Source: Pilibacter termitis
Lineage (GTDB): Bacteria > Bacillota > Bacilli > Lactobacillales > Streptococcaceae
Assembly: GCF_900167335.1 (NCBI RefSeq)
Contig: NZ_FUXI01000013.1
Location: 41,153 to 65,152 of the forward strand
Length of the DNA: 24,000 nt
Reading direction: 5' to 3'
Shown: piece after piece, positions 1-11,947 of the stretch
Position numbering within the stretch: position 1 is the first letter of the stretch
Layout: each line of letters starts with the position of its first letter
Translations under genes and position numbers: made by a program
Notes under the pieces: model-generated
Database searches by the model: none
Told to the model about the DNA's origin: nothing
Seen by the model: only the letters and a program-made list of their open reading frames with translations

Positions 1-192
1 GCCTCATGGGAATTGGTAGGACGTGATATTGAAAAATTATTCGCAATGACCAATTTTGCTCATGATGAGACCATTATGCGATTTGCTCGTCAACTGCGTT
101 CAATGGGTGTTGACGAAGCACTAAGAGCCAGAGGAGCAAAAGATGGCGATATTGTGCATATTGGAAGTTTTGAGTTTGAGTTTGTGGATTAA
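1..192 (+). CDS. obg: GTPase Obg, C-terminal end (5' part lies outside the window)
   Basis: Frame 1 is open from base 1 to TAA 190-192. It reads ...[45 protein letters not shown], which matches the Obg C-terminal (OCT) domain tail of Firmicutes as I remember it. Confidence 0.8.
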   Translation, partial: ASWELVGRDIEKLFAMTNFAHDETIMRFARQLRSMGVDEALRARGAKDGDIVHIGSFEFEFVD

Positions 193-194
193 AC

Positions 195-229
195 AAAAAA
201 AAGCGGAAAGTTTTTTCCGTTTTTTTGTT
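195..229 (+). terminator. Rho-independent terminator after obg
   Basis: An A-run is followed by the stem gcggaaa(203-209)/tttccgt(214-220) with a G-U closing pair, a 4-nt loop, and a T-run at 221-226. Confidence 0.7.
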
Positions 230-293
230 TATGGGCACCTTTATAAGTCACCTTAAAATTTTCACCCTAAAGCTATAAAGAATAAGCTCCTTA

Positions 294-302
294 TGGTACA
301 AT
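294..302 (+). promoter_or_regulatory. Extended -10 promoter element (TGgTACAAT) upstream of uppS
   Basis: tggtacaat lies about 70 nt upstream of the uppS ATG. The -35 is weak, which is usual for extended -10 promoters. No experimental support. Confidence 0.4.
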
Positions 303-373
303 GAAAGTTAGAGTAAAAAAAGATAGATGCTTAACAAGGAGAAAGAAAAATTTCGCTAGAGAAGGAGAGAGGA

Positions 374-1135
374 ATGCTATCGAATTTGTTTTCAAAGAAA
401 AAACTGATGGATGAAGAATTTTCTTTTGATGAAAAAGGATTGATTCCGCACCATGTGGCAGTTATTATGGACGGCAATGGTCGCTGGGCAAAAAAACGAA
501 TGCTCCCACGAATTGCAGGGCATAAAGAAGGTATGGAAGTAGTCAAGAAAATTACAAAATCTGCTAGTATGCTTGGCGTGAAGGTGTTGACCTTGTACGC
601 ATTTTCAACGGAAAATTGGAAACGACCCGATGACGAAGTGAATTTTTTGATGAAACTTCCAGTTGATTTTTTTGACAAGTTTGTTCCTGAACTAATCGAG
701 GAAAATGTCAAAGTGAATGTGATGGGCTACATCAATCAATTGCCTGAACATACAAGAGATGCGGTAAATCGAGCGATAGAGGCAACGAAAGACAATACAG
801 GGATGATTTTAAATTTTGCTCTTAACTACGGTAGTCGCACAGAAATCACGTCAGCTGTCGCAGCCATTGTGCAATCAGGCATTTCAGCAGATGAAGTGAG
901 CGAAGAGGTGATTAGTGAGCATTTGATGACCAATGGTTTACCAAAAGAATATCGTGACCCTGAGCTTGTCATTCGTACAAGCGGTGAGGAGCGTATTAGC
1001 AATTTCTTACTCTGGCAAATTGCATATAGTGAATTTTATTTTACAGAAGAACTATGGCCAGATTTTAATGAGGAAAGTTTCAAACTAGCCCTCGGGAATT
1101 TCCAAAAGAGAAATCGACGATTTGGTGGAGTGTAA
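374..1135 (+). CDS. uppS: Undecaprenyl-diphosphate synthase (cis-isoprenyl transferase)
   Basis: 253-aa ORF with RBS aaggagagagg. It carries the motifs [13 protein letters not shown] and [21 protein letters not shown] typical of UppS. Confidence 0.95.
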   Translation: MLSNLFSKKKLMDEEFSFDEKGLIPHHVAVIMDGNGRWAKKRMLPRIAGHKEGMEVVKKITKSASMLGVKVLTLYAFSTENWKRPDDEVNFLMKLPVDFFDKFVPELIEENVKVNVMGYINQLPEHTRDAVNRAIEATKDNTGMILNFALNYGSRTEITSAVAAIVQSGISADEVSEEVISEHLMTNGLPKEYRDPELVIRTSGEERISNFLLWQIAYSEFYFTEELWPDFNEESFKLALGNFQKRNRRFGGV

Positions 1136-1142
1136 GGATAGA

Positions 1143-1757
1143 GAAAAGCGTAGAAGTGCGTTTTGAAGTCTGTGGCAGTGAGCCATGTCGTTTATTTAAT
1201 CGAAACGTAGTTTCGATCGACATTGCGAACAGCCACCAGACTTCAGCACTTCGTAGCTAGACAAAGAAAAGCGGAGAGGGGCGTTTTGAAGTTTGTGGCA
1301 GTGAGCCGTACCGTTTACTTGCTAGAAACGGTAGTTTCTAGCGGTACTGCGAACAGCCACCAAACTTCAGCCCCTCGTAGCTAGACATAGAAAAGCGTAG
1401 AGGGGCGGTCAGTGGCTTGTCGCAGTGAGCCATGCCATTTACTTGCCTGAAGCAGAGCTTCAGGTGGCATTGCGAACAGCGACCAAGCCACTGCCCCTCG
1501 TAGCTAGACAAAGAAAAGCGAAATGGTGCGTTTTGGAGTTTGCAACAGTGAACACTGTCGTTTATTTACTAGAAACGTAAGTTTCTAGCGACATTGTGAG
1601 TAGTTGCCAGACTTCAGCCCCTCGTAGCTAGACAAAGAAAAGCGTAGAAGTGCGTTTTGAAGTCTGTGGCAGTGAGCCATGTCGTTTATTTAATCGAAAC
1701 GCAGTTTCGATCGACATTGCGAACAGCCACCAGACTTCAGCACTTCGTAGCTAGACA
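1143..1757 (+). repeat. Tandem array of five ~123-bp imperfect-palindrome (long hairpin) units
   Basis: Unit starts, anchored on gaaaagcg, are 1143, 1266, 1390, 1513 and 1637. The junction cgtagctagacaaagaaaagcg is conserved. Each unit is self-complementary over about 100 nt. Units 1 and 5 differ at one base. See findings. Confidence 0.92.
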
Positions 1758-1783
1758 AAGAAATAGAAAAGGAGCTGAAAAAC

Positions 1784-2581
1784 TTGAGAACAAGAGTAAT
1801 AACAGCAGTTGTTGCATTGATTGTGTTTATTCCTGTTATTGTAGCAGGAGGGATTTTTATTGAGGTGCTTACAAGTCTTATGGCAGCAGTCGGTGTGTAT
1901 GAATTATTTAAAATGAGAAATTTAGACATTAGAAGTGCCGAGGGGGCATTGGCGATTTTAGGAAGTGTTTTTCTTGTATTTCCAGTCAAAAAATATTTAA
2001 CCTTTTTGCCAACAGACGCAAATTGGGTGCTATTTTTCCTTGTCGTTCTAGGTTTTTTGGCAATGGTTGTGATTTCTAAAAATGAATACACATTTGAAGA
2101 AGCTGGATTCCCTATTTTGACGAGTTTATATGTTGGTTGCGGGTTTCAATATCTCGTTCAAGCACGTGGAAAAAGTTTGCTTGCATTGCTTTTTGCGTTA
2201 TTTATCGTTTGGGCAACGGATATTGGAGCATACATGATTGGTAGACAATACGGAAGTCGTAAATTGGCACCGTCTATTTCGCCGAATAAAACAATTGAAG
2301 GCTCTCTTGGTGGAGTAGTTTGTGCAGTTGTCGTTGCATTGATTTTTCTACTTATTTATCCAGCAAAAGAAGTATTTGATAAAAGTTTACCAATTATGCT
2401 ATTGTTTACAGCGATTTTCTCCATGTTCGGTCAGTTTGGCGATTTGGTGGAAAGTGCAATCAAACGTTTCTACGGTGTAAAAGATTCCGGAAATATTTTA
2501 CCGGGACATGGTGGCATTTTGGATAGATTTGATAGCCTATTGTTTGTGTTTCCAGTTATGCACTTGTTTGGGTTATTCTAA
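1784..2581 (+). CDS. cdsA: Phosphatidate cytidylyltransferase (CDP-diglyceride synthase)
   Basis: TTG start preceded by RBS aaaggag (1768-1774). The protein is polytopic membrane. It has the C-terminal signature SAIKRFYGVKDSGNILPGHGGILDRFD. Confidence 0.93.
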   Translation: MRTRVITAVVALIVFIPVIVAGGIFIEVLTSLMAAVGVYELFKMRNLDIRSAEGALAILGSVFLVFPVKKYLTFLPTDANWVLFFLVVLGFLAMVVISKNEYTFEEAGFPILTSLYVGCGFQYLVQARGKSLLALLFALFIVWATDIGAYMIGRQYGSRKLAPSISPNKTIEGSLGGVVCAVVVALIFLLIYPAKEVFDKSLPIMLLFTAIFSMFGQFGDLVESAIKRFYGVKDSGNILPGHGGILDRFDSLLFVFPVMHLFGLF

Positions 2582-2605
2582 AATTTGATAGAAGGACTGA
2601 AAAGG

Positions 2606-3784
2606 TTGAAAAATATTTGTTTATTAGGAGCGACAGGCTCTATTGGTGAAAGTTGTTGTGACGTGTTGCGAGGACACAAAGAGAAATTTCACCTGTCTGC
2701 TTTCTCTTTTCACAAAAATGTAGAAAAGGCACGAGCAATCATTCAGGAATTTTCACCGCAATATGTTAGTTGTGGAGATGAAGAGTCAAAAGAGCGTTTG
2801 TCAAAAGAATTTCCCAAGATAACGTTTGGCGTTGGCAGTCATGGATTGGTTGAAGCAGCAACGCTTGAAGAAGTAGACGTTGTCTTGACTGCTGTAAGTG
2901 GAGCGGTTGGTTTTACCCCGACACTTCAAGCGATTGAGAAAAAGAAAACAATCGCTCTTGCCAATAAAGAGACACTTGTCATGGCAGGAAAATGGATTAT
3001 GGAAGCAGCACGTAAGCAAAATGTAAAAATTTTACCTGTTGACTCGGAACATTCAGCGATTTTCCAAGCATTGCAAGGGCAAGATAGAACTTCGCTTAGA
3101 AAACTTGTCATTACGGCAAGTGGCGGTTCATTTCGTGATTATACACGAGAAGAATTAGAACACGTAACCGTAGAGCAAGCGTTAAATCACCCGAATTGGT
3201 CAATGGGGAAAAAAATCACAATCGACTCTAGCACTATGATGAATAAAGGACTTGAGGTGATTGAGGCACATTGGCTGTTTGATGTTCCATATGAAAACAT
3301 AGAAGTGGTTTTGCATAGGGAAAGCATTGTTCACTCAATGGTTGCTTTTCATGACGGAAGTTATCTCGCACAACTTGGGGCGAGTGATATGCGAGAGCCA
3401 ATTCTTTTTGCCCTAGGTTTTCCAGAACGTCTGGAAATGAAAAATGAAAAACCGTTTGACCTCACGGAAATTGGCAAACTTCATTTTGAAAAAATGGACG
3501 AGGAACGTTTCCCAATGTTGCGATTGGCATTTGAATGTGGGAAAAAAGGCGGAAGTTTTCCGACTGTTTACAACGCAGCAAATGAAATTGCAGCCAATGC
3601 CTTTTTAGACGGGAAAATTCGCTATTTGGAAATTGAAAAATATGTCGCATTCGCTTGCTTACAACATAAAGAAAAAGAGGACTTGACCCTTGAGGACGTG
3701 ATAGAAATTGATAAACGTACAAGAAATTTTGTGCGTAAGGAAATCGAATATGCACAAAGTCAAGAAAACGAGATGAGGAGGTAG
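2606..3784 (+). CDS. dxr: 1-deoxy-D-xylulose-5-phosphate reductoisomerase
   Basis: Motifs present: LLGATGSIG (NADPH binding), LANKE, DSEHSA, NHPNWSMG. The ORF track starts at 2585 with no RBS. The in-frame TTG at 2606 has GAAGGA 9 nt upstream and gives MKNICLLGATGSIG. Confidence 0.9.
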   Translation: MKNICLLGATGSIGESCCDVLRGHKEKFHLSAFSFHKNVEKARAIIQEFSPQYVSCGDEESKERLSKEFPKITFGVGSHGLVEAATLEEVDVVLTAVSGAVGFTPTLQAIEKKKTIALANKETLVMAGKWIMEAARKQNVKILPVDSEHSAIFQALQGQDRTSLRKLVITASGGSFRDYTREELEHVTVEQALNHPNWSMGKKITIDSSTMMNKGLEVIEAHWLFDVPYENIEVVLHRESIVHSMVAFHDGSYLAQLGASDMREPILFALGFPERLEMKNEKPFDLTEIGKLHFEKMDEERFPMLRLAFECGKKGGSFPTVYNAANEIAANAFLDGKIRYLEIEKYVAFACLQHKEKEDLTLEDVIEIDKRTRNFVRKEIEYAQSQENEMRR

Positions 3785-3788
3785 TATT

Positions 3789-5057
3789 TTGCAAACAGCA
3801 TTGACATTTATTTTTGTATTCGTAGTAATTGTAGTAGTACACGAGTTTGGGCATTTTTATTTTGCTAAAAAAAGTGGTATTTTAGTACGTGAATTTGCCA
3901 TTGGTATGGGACCGAAAATCTTTTATCATCGTGCAAAAGACGGAACAGCTTATACCATTCGTCTGTTGCCACTTGGAGGGTATGTGCGTATGGCAGGTCT
4001 TGGTGATGATGAAACCGAGATTTACCCGGGAACACCAATGACCGTAGAATTGGATGAGGAAGGCAAAATTGCCAGAATGAATCTTTCTACAAAAGTCCAA
4101 TTGACCAACGGGATTCCAATGGAAGTAGTAGAAATTGATTTGGACGAGAAATTGTTTCTTCTTGCACAAGTGGTAGGAAATGACGAAGAAGTTCGCTATG
4201 ATGTGCGAAAAGATGCGACCGTTATAGAAAAAGATGGCACAGAATTATTGATTGCTCCACGTGAAGTGCAATTTCAATCGGCAAAAGTTTGGCAAAGAAT
4301 TTTGACCAATTTTGCAGGTCCGATGAATAATTTTATTTTAGGAATTGTCGTGTTCATTATCATCACCTTTATCCAAGGGGGCGTGCAAGATTTGAACTCG
4401 AACAAACTTGGTGAAATTATGCCAGATTCTCCCGCTCAAAAAGCAGGGTTGAAAGAAGGCGATGAATTGCTTACGATTGAAGGAGTGAAAATCGCCAACT
4501 GGGAAGATTTGACGAACCAAATTCAGCCAAATCCGAACAAACCTCTGAAAATGGAAGTGAAAACTTCAAAAGGGGTGAAAACGTTGACGATTACACCGAA
4601 ACAAAGTCCAGACACAAAAGAAAAAAGTGGAATGATTGGTATTATGCCACCGTTTGACAGCAGTGTTTCTGGAAAAGTCTTTGGTGGATTCAAACGTGCG
4701 ATGACTATGAGTCTTGCGATTTTCAAAGGAATTGGCGGATTGTTCACCGCACCCTCACTCAACAAACTAGGTGGACCTGTTATGATGTTTAAAATGAGTG
4801 AACAAGCAAGCCAACAAGGGTTTGTGACAGTTCTTTCGCTCATGGCGATGCTCTCAATGAACCTTGGTTTCATGAATCTCTTGCCAATTCCAGCACTTGA
4901 CGGTGGGAAAATTGTCCTGAATATCATTGAAGCGATTCGGAAAAAACCACTTAGTCAAGAAAAAGAAGGGATTTTAACCCTTATCGGTGTAGGTTTCATT
5001 GTTGCTTTGATGATTATGGTAACATGGAACGATATTACAAGATTCTTTTTTAAATAA
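3789..5057 (+). CDS. rseP: Site-2 (RIP) zinc metalloprotease RseP/Eep family
   Basis: TTG start after RBS gaggagg. Contains an HEFGH zinc motif in TM1, a central PDZ-like region, and the NLLPIPALDGG motif near the C-terminus. Confidence 0.92.
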   Translation: MQTALTFIFVFVVIVVVHEFGHFYFAKKSGILVREFAIGMGPKIFYHRAKDGTAYTIRLLPLGGYVRMAGLGDDETEIYPGTPMTVELDEEGKIARMNLSTKVQLTNGIPMEVVEIDLDEKLFLLAQVVGNDEEVRYDVRKDATVIEKDGTELLIAPREVQFQSAKVWQRILTNFAGPMNNFILGIVVFIIITFIQGGVQDLNSNKLGEIMPDSPAQKAGLKEGDELLTIEGVKIANWEDLTNQIQPNPNKPLKMEVKTSKGVKTLTITPKQSPDTKEKSGMIGIMPPFDSSVSGKVFGGFKRAMTMSLAIFKGIGGLFTAPSLNKLGGPVMMFKMSEQASQQGFVTVLSLMAMLSMNLGFMNLLPIPALDGGKIVLNIIEAIRKKPLSQEKEGILTLIGVGFIVALMIMVTWNDITRFFFK

Positions 5058-5090
5058 ATGAGGTTTTAAAAAACTCAAAAGTATAAATAA

Positions 5091-6815
<1,725 letters not shown>

Positions 6816-6828
6816 GGAAGAGAATTAT

Positions 6829-6867
6829 AAACAGATAAGACCGTTTGGGTGGTTTTATCTGTTTTTT
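6829..6867 (+). terminator. Rho-independent terminator after proS
   Basis: Stem aacagataa(6830-6838)/ttatctgtt(6855-6863) followed by a T-run to 6867. It lies inside the 5' extension of the ORF-track entry 6845..7624, which argues against that start. Confidence 0.8.
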
Positions 6868-6898
6868 AGAAAACAATGAGTTTGGAGCGGATAGGAAA

Positions 6899-7624
6899 AT
6901 GTTTGATGAGGAAAAAGTAAATTCTTTAAACGAATTAGAATTAGAAGTTTATCGTTATATTATTGGCAATTACGAGGATATTACTAGTTTGACCATTCGT
7001 GAATTAGCACAAAAAATTCACGTATCAACCAGCACAATTGTTCGATTTGCGACAAAAATGGGTTTCCAAGGCTATTCTGAGCTAAAATATCATTTAAAAA
7101 AGAAGATAAAAGAGTCAAGTGATATTGAAAACTATTATGAAAATATGAATGAAGTAGAGCTGTTCTTACGAAAATTAGCAACAAAAGAATATCAAGAAAA
7201 AATCCAACCAGTAATTGAGATGATTCAAAAGGCGAAAATGACCGTTTTTAGCGGTATGGGAACAAGTGGGGCTCTAGCAAATTATGGTGCAAGATATTTT
7301 TCCAATTTAGGAATTGTTTCGTTTTCGATTACGGATCCGTATCACCCGATTTATCAAGGAGACTATCCCGATATTTTATTCATCATTCTTTCTGTTTCAG
7401 GAGAAACGATTCAGATGATTCATCAGGTGGAGGAGATAAAGCGTGGAGGGGCAAAAGTTTTGGCAATCACCAATAATGAACATTCGACTATTGCTCGACT
7501 TGCAGATAAAAATCTTTCATATTATGTAAAAGATGAAATGTTAAGCAGTCTGTCTGTACAATTGACGACTCAACTTCCAGTGATTGCTTTGATAGAAGTA
7601 TTGGCTCATAAAGCACAACCGTAA
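6899..7624 (+). CDS. RpiR/MurR-family transcriptional regulator (HTH_6 + SIS domain)
   Basis: The N-terminus has a helix-turn-helix (TIRELAQKIHVSTSTIVRFATKMGF). The C-terminus has a SIS fold (FSGMGTSGALA...ILSVSGET). The start is re-called at ATG 6899, downstream of the proS terminator. Confidence 0.85.
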   Translation: MFDEEKVNSLNELELEVYRYIIGNYEDITSLTIRELAQKIHVSTSTIVRFATKMGFQGYSELKYHLKKKIKESSDIENYYENMNEVELFLRKLATKEYQEKIQPVIEMIQKAKMTVFSGMGTSGALANYGARYFSNLGIVSFSITDPYHPIYQGDYPDILFIILSVSGETIQMIHQVEEIKRGGAKVLAITNNEHSTIARLADKNLSYYVKDEMLSSLSVQLTTQLPVIALIEVLAHKAQP

Positions 7625-7637
7625 TAAACATAGATAG

Positions 7638-7680
7638 AGGCTTGAAGAAAGTGGAAATTTCTTTAAGCCTATTCTTTGTT
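7638..7680 (+). terminator. Putative terminator after the rpiR-family gene
   Basis: Stem aggcttgaagaaa(7638-7650)/tttctttaagcct(7658-7670) with one G-U pair. The trailing T-tract is weak (attctttgtt). Confidence 0.5.
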
Positions 7681-7741
7681 ATGGAAGAAGAAATGATTTT
7701 GTTTTTTATGATGAAACAAATTTCTTTTAGCGGAGAAAGTG

Positions 7742-7769
7742 TTTACAATGTTTTTATTTAGTGTATGCT
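7742..7769 (+). promoter_or_regulatory. Putative sigma-A promoter for the PTS/glucosidase genes
   Basis: TTTACA (7742-7747), a 16-nt spacer, then TATGCT (7764-7769). Sequence match only. Confidence 0.35.
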
Positions 7770-7836
7770 AATGACATAGACAACAAGCAGTGCACGCAGT
7801 CTAAAAAGAATATATTAAAATGGAGGATTTATTACA

Positions 7837-10570
<2,734 letters not shown>

Positions 10571-10577
10571 GCAATAT

Positions 10578-10649
10578 GCATCTCTAAAAACTCATATTTA
10601 TCTCCAAATTGCTAATTTAGAGGTACCCTTAAATGGAGTTTTTAGATCT
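10578..10649. repeat. Short or rearranged copy of the MITE-like palindromic repeat (family B)
   Basis: catctctaaaaactcatatttatctccaaattgctaattt matches about 80 percent of the arm of the 19327-19481 element. The inverted partner atggagtttttagatct lies at 10633-10649. An extra terminal-like tttagaggtaccc lies at 10616-10628. Confidence 0.6.
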
Positions 10650-10663
10650 AACTTTAATTTTAC

Positions 10664-10700
10664 AAGAGTCTAGGAATTTTCTCCGAGACTCTTATTTCAT
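10664..10700 (+). terminator. Putative terminator after the glucosidase gene
   Basis: Stem aagagtct(10664-10671)/agactctt(10686-10693), followed by a T-rich atttcat. Confidence 0.5.
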
Positions 10701-10816
10701 ATTGAAAAAATCTTAAAATTTCATTCCACCCCCTTTTCCACAAAGGTATTTATAGCAGAAAAAACAATTTTACGTTATGATAGAGAAGAACACTTTAAAA
10801 AAGGTAGTGGCAAAAA

Positions 10817-11398
10817 ATGCAGATTGGTAATTTTAGGTTAGGTATGCGGACGGTGAAAACGGGCGTGGCAGTTTTCTTTTGTATTTTGCTCTTTGGACTT
10901 CTGCAACGTGGAAATCCTATGATTGCGTGTATTGCTGCCGTGTTTAGCTTACGTCAAGATTTTACGACCTCAGTTAGCTTTGGGAAAAGTAGAATAATCG
11001 GTAATACAGTTGGTGGTGCTTGTGCGGTGCTGTATTTTTTAATTGCAGAACATTTTCAAAGACACTTTCTTGTGCAATTATTTATTCTTCCTTTTTTCAT
11101 TGTTGTGTGTATCTCGTTTTCCAATGGAATTAAAAATAATGCAGGAATTATTGCCAGCGTTGCAACGCTTTTGATGATTTCGCTCAATATTCCAGAAAAT
11201 GAGACCATTTCTTACGCATTTCAGCGTGTGCTAGATACTTTTATCGGTACGTTTATTGCGATTTTGATGAACATTACTATGCGTGAGAAAGCTGAACAAG
11301 AGGAAATTTCGCTAGAGCATGATATTGAACGTTTGCAAATGGAAGAGGAAAAACTACGGAAATTGCGTGAGACATTCATCGAAAAAAATAACAAATAA
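10817..11398 (+). CDS. ArAE/FUSC-like (UPF0421-type) integral membrane protein, short form
   Basis: 193 aa. The N-terminus FRLGMRTVKTGVAVFFCILLF and 4-5 TM segments resemble the aromatic acid exporter/FUSC family. The C-terminal tail is a charged coiled coil. Assignment is from memory of the family. Confidence 0.65.
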   Translation: MQIGNFRLGMRTVKTGVAVFFCILLFGLLQRGNPMIACIAAVFSLRQDFTTSVSFGKSRIIGNTVGGACAVLYFLIAEHFQRHFLVQLFILPFFIVVCISFSNGIKNNAGIIASVATLLMISLNIPENETISYAFQRVLDTFIGTFIAILMNITMREKAEQEEISLEHDIERLQMEEEKLRKLRETFIEKNNK

Positions 11399-11403
11399 AA
11401 GGA

Positions 11404-11922
11404 ATGAGGAAAATGGAAAAAGCCTTAGTTGAATTGATTACAGCACGTGTGAATGAACGTTTCCAAAACGAAACGGAATTTTATCAAAGTCAATTAGGAT
11501 TGACACACGAGGAGTGGGAAAATTGGAAACGAGGAGTGTTTTTTGTAAGCGAAAAAGGAGTAGCTGCGATGATTCAGCTATTTACCGATTATGAGTGGAT
11601 GCTCATTCAAAAAGTCATTCGCCAAACGAAAGTCATTCCTGAAAAGGAACAAGGAGCAGTAGATGATTTTAACAAAATGAAACTGGCGATTGCAAAAAAA
11701 TGGATGACAAGCGAACTTGCAACGGTTGATCTTGTCGAACGTTTGCAAGAAGTTGATAAGTTAACGAAAACAATCGAATTACGCATTATTTTAAGCTATG
11801 ATGCTTGGGGATATAGTGATATTTTGACGTTCACATTCCCAGCAGTAGAACGTGACAAAGTAGCAGGGAGCAGGCGTGAATTGATCCAATATATGACGAG
11901 TTTGGAAAAGCGTGAGAGTTAA
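11404..11922 (+). CDS. Hypothetical cytoplasmic protein (172 aa)
   Basis: ORF lies 5 nt after the previous stop. An alternative start at ATG 11413 has better RBS spacing (aaagga, 9 nt). I recognise no motif. Confidence 0.65.
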   Translation: MRKMEKALVELITARVNERFQNETEFYQSQLGLTHEEWENWKRGVFFVSEKGVAAMIQLFTDYEWMLIQKVIRQTKVIPEKEQGAVDDFNKMKLAIAKKWMTSELATVDLVERLQEVDKLTKTIELRIILSYDAWGYSDILTFTFPAVERDKVAGSRRELIQYMTSLEKRES

Positions 11923-11947
11923 TTTGACGGAGGTGTAATATCAGAAA

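Noticed and set aside
331-711. 126-aa minus-strand ORF
   Set aside because: It lies entirely antisense to the well-supported uppS gene and has a low-complexity Ser/Phe-rich translation. It is a shadow ORF. The same reasoning applies to the other short antisense ORFs inside dxr, rseP, proS, EIIC, GH1, miaA, hflX, ynbB and glnR.
1143-1757. Tandem array read as a CRISPR array, integron attC sites or a stack of terminators
   Set aside because: The period is 123 bp, not 60-75 bp. The would-be spacers share conserved blocks and are self-complementary. No cas or integrase genes are nearby, and no cassettes lie between the units. None of the hairpins has a trailing T-tract.
1657-2091. ORF-track entries 1657..1863 (+) and 1690..2091 (-)
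   Set aside because: They start inside repeat unit 5 or run antisense to cdsA. They have no RBS and are not conserved among the repeat units. They are explained by the repeat and by cdsA.
6845-6898. 5' extensions of ORF-track entries (6845, also 2585, 13477, 19626, 20647, 21954)
   Set aside because: The extensions lack an RBS, overlap terminators or upstream stops, or add non-conserved basic residues. Internal ATG or TTG codons with good Shine-Dalgarno spacing give canonical N-termini, for example the GPTAVGKT P-loop near the MiaA start.
7712-7725. cre-like site tgaaacaaatttct
   Set aside because: It lacks the central CG of the CcpA cre consensus and has a mismatch in the right arm. It is too weak to call.
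7781-7808. RAT-like sequence (caacaagcagtgcacgcagtctaaaaag) upstream of the PTS EIIC gene
   Set aside because: It partly resembles the BglG/LicT antiterminator target (..tgcattcgcaggcaaaa..). However, no overlapping terminator hairpin or T-tract follows, and no PRD antiterminator gene is present. The local regulator is RpiR-type.
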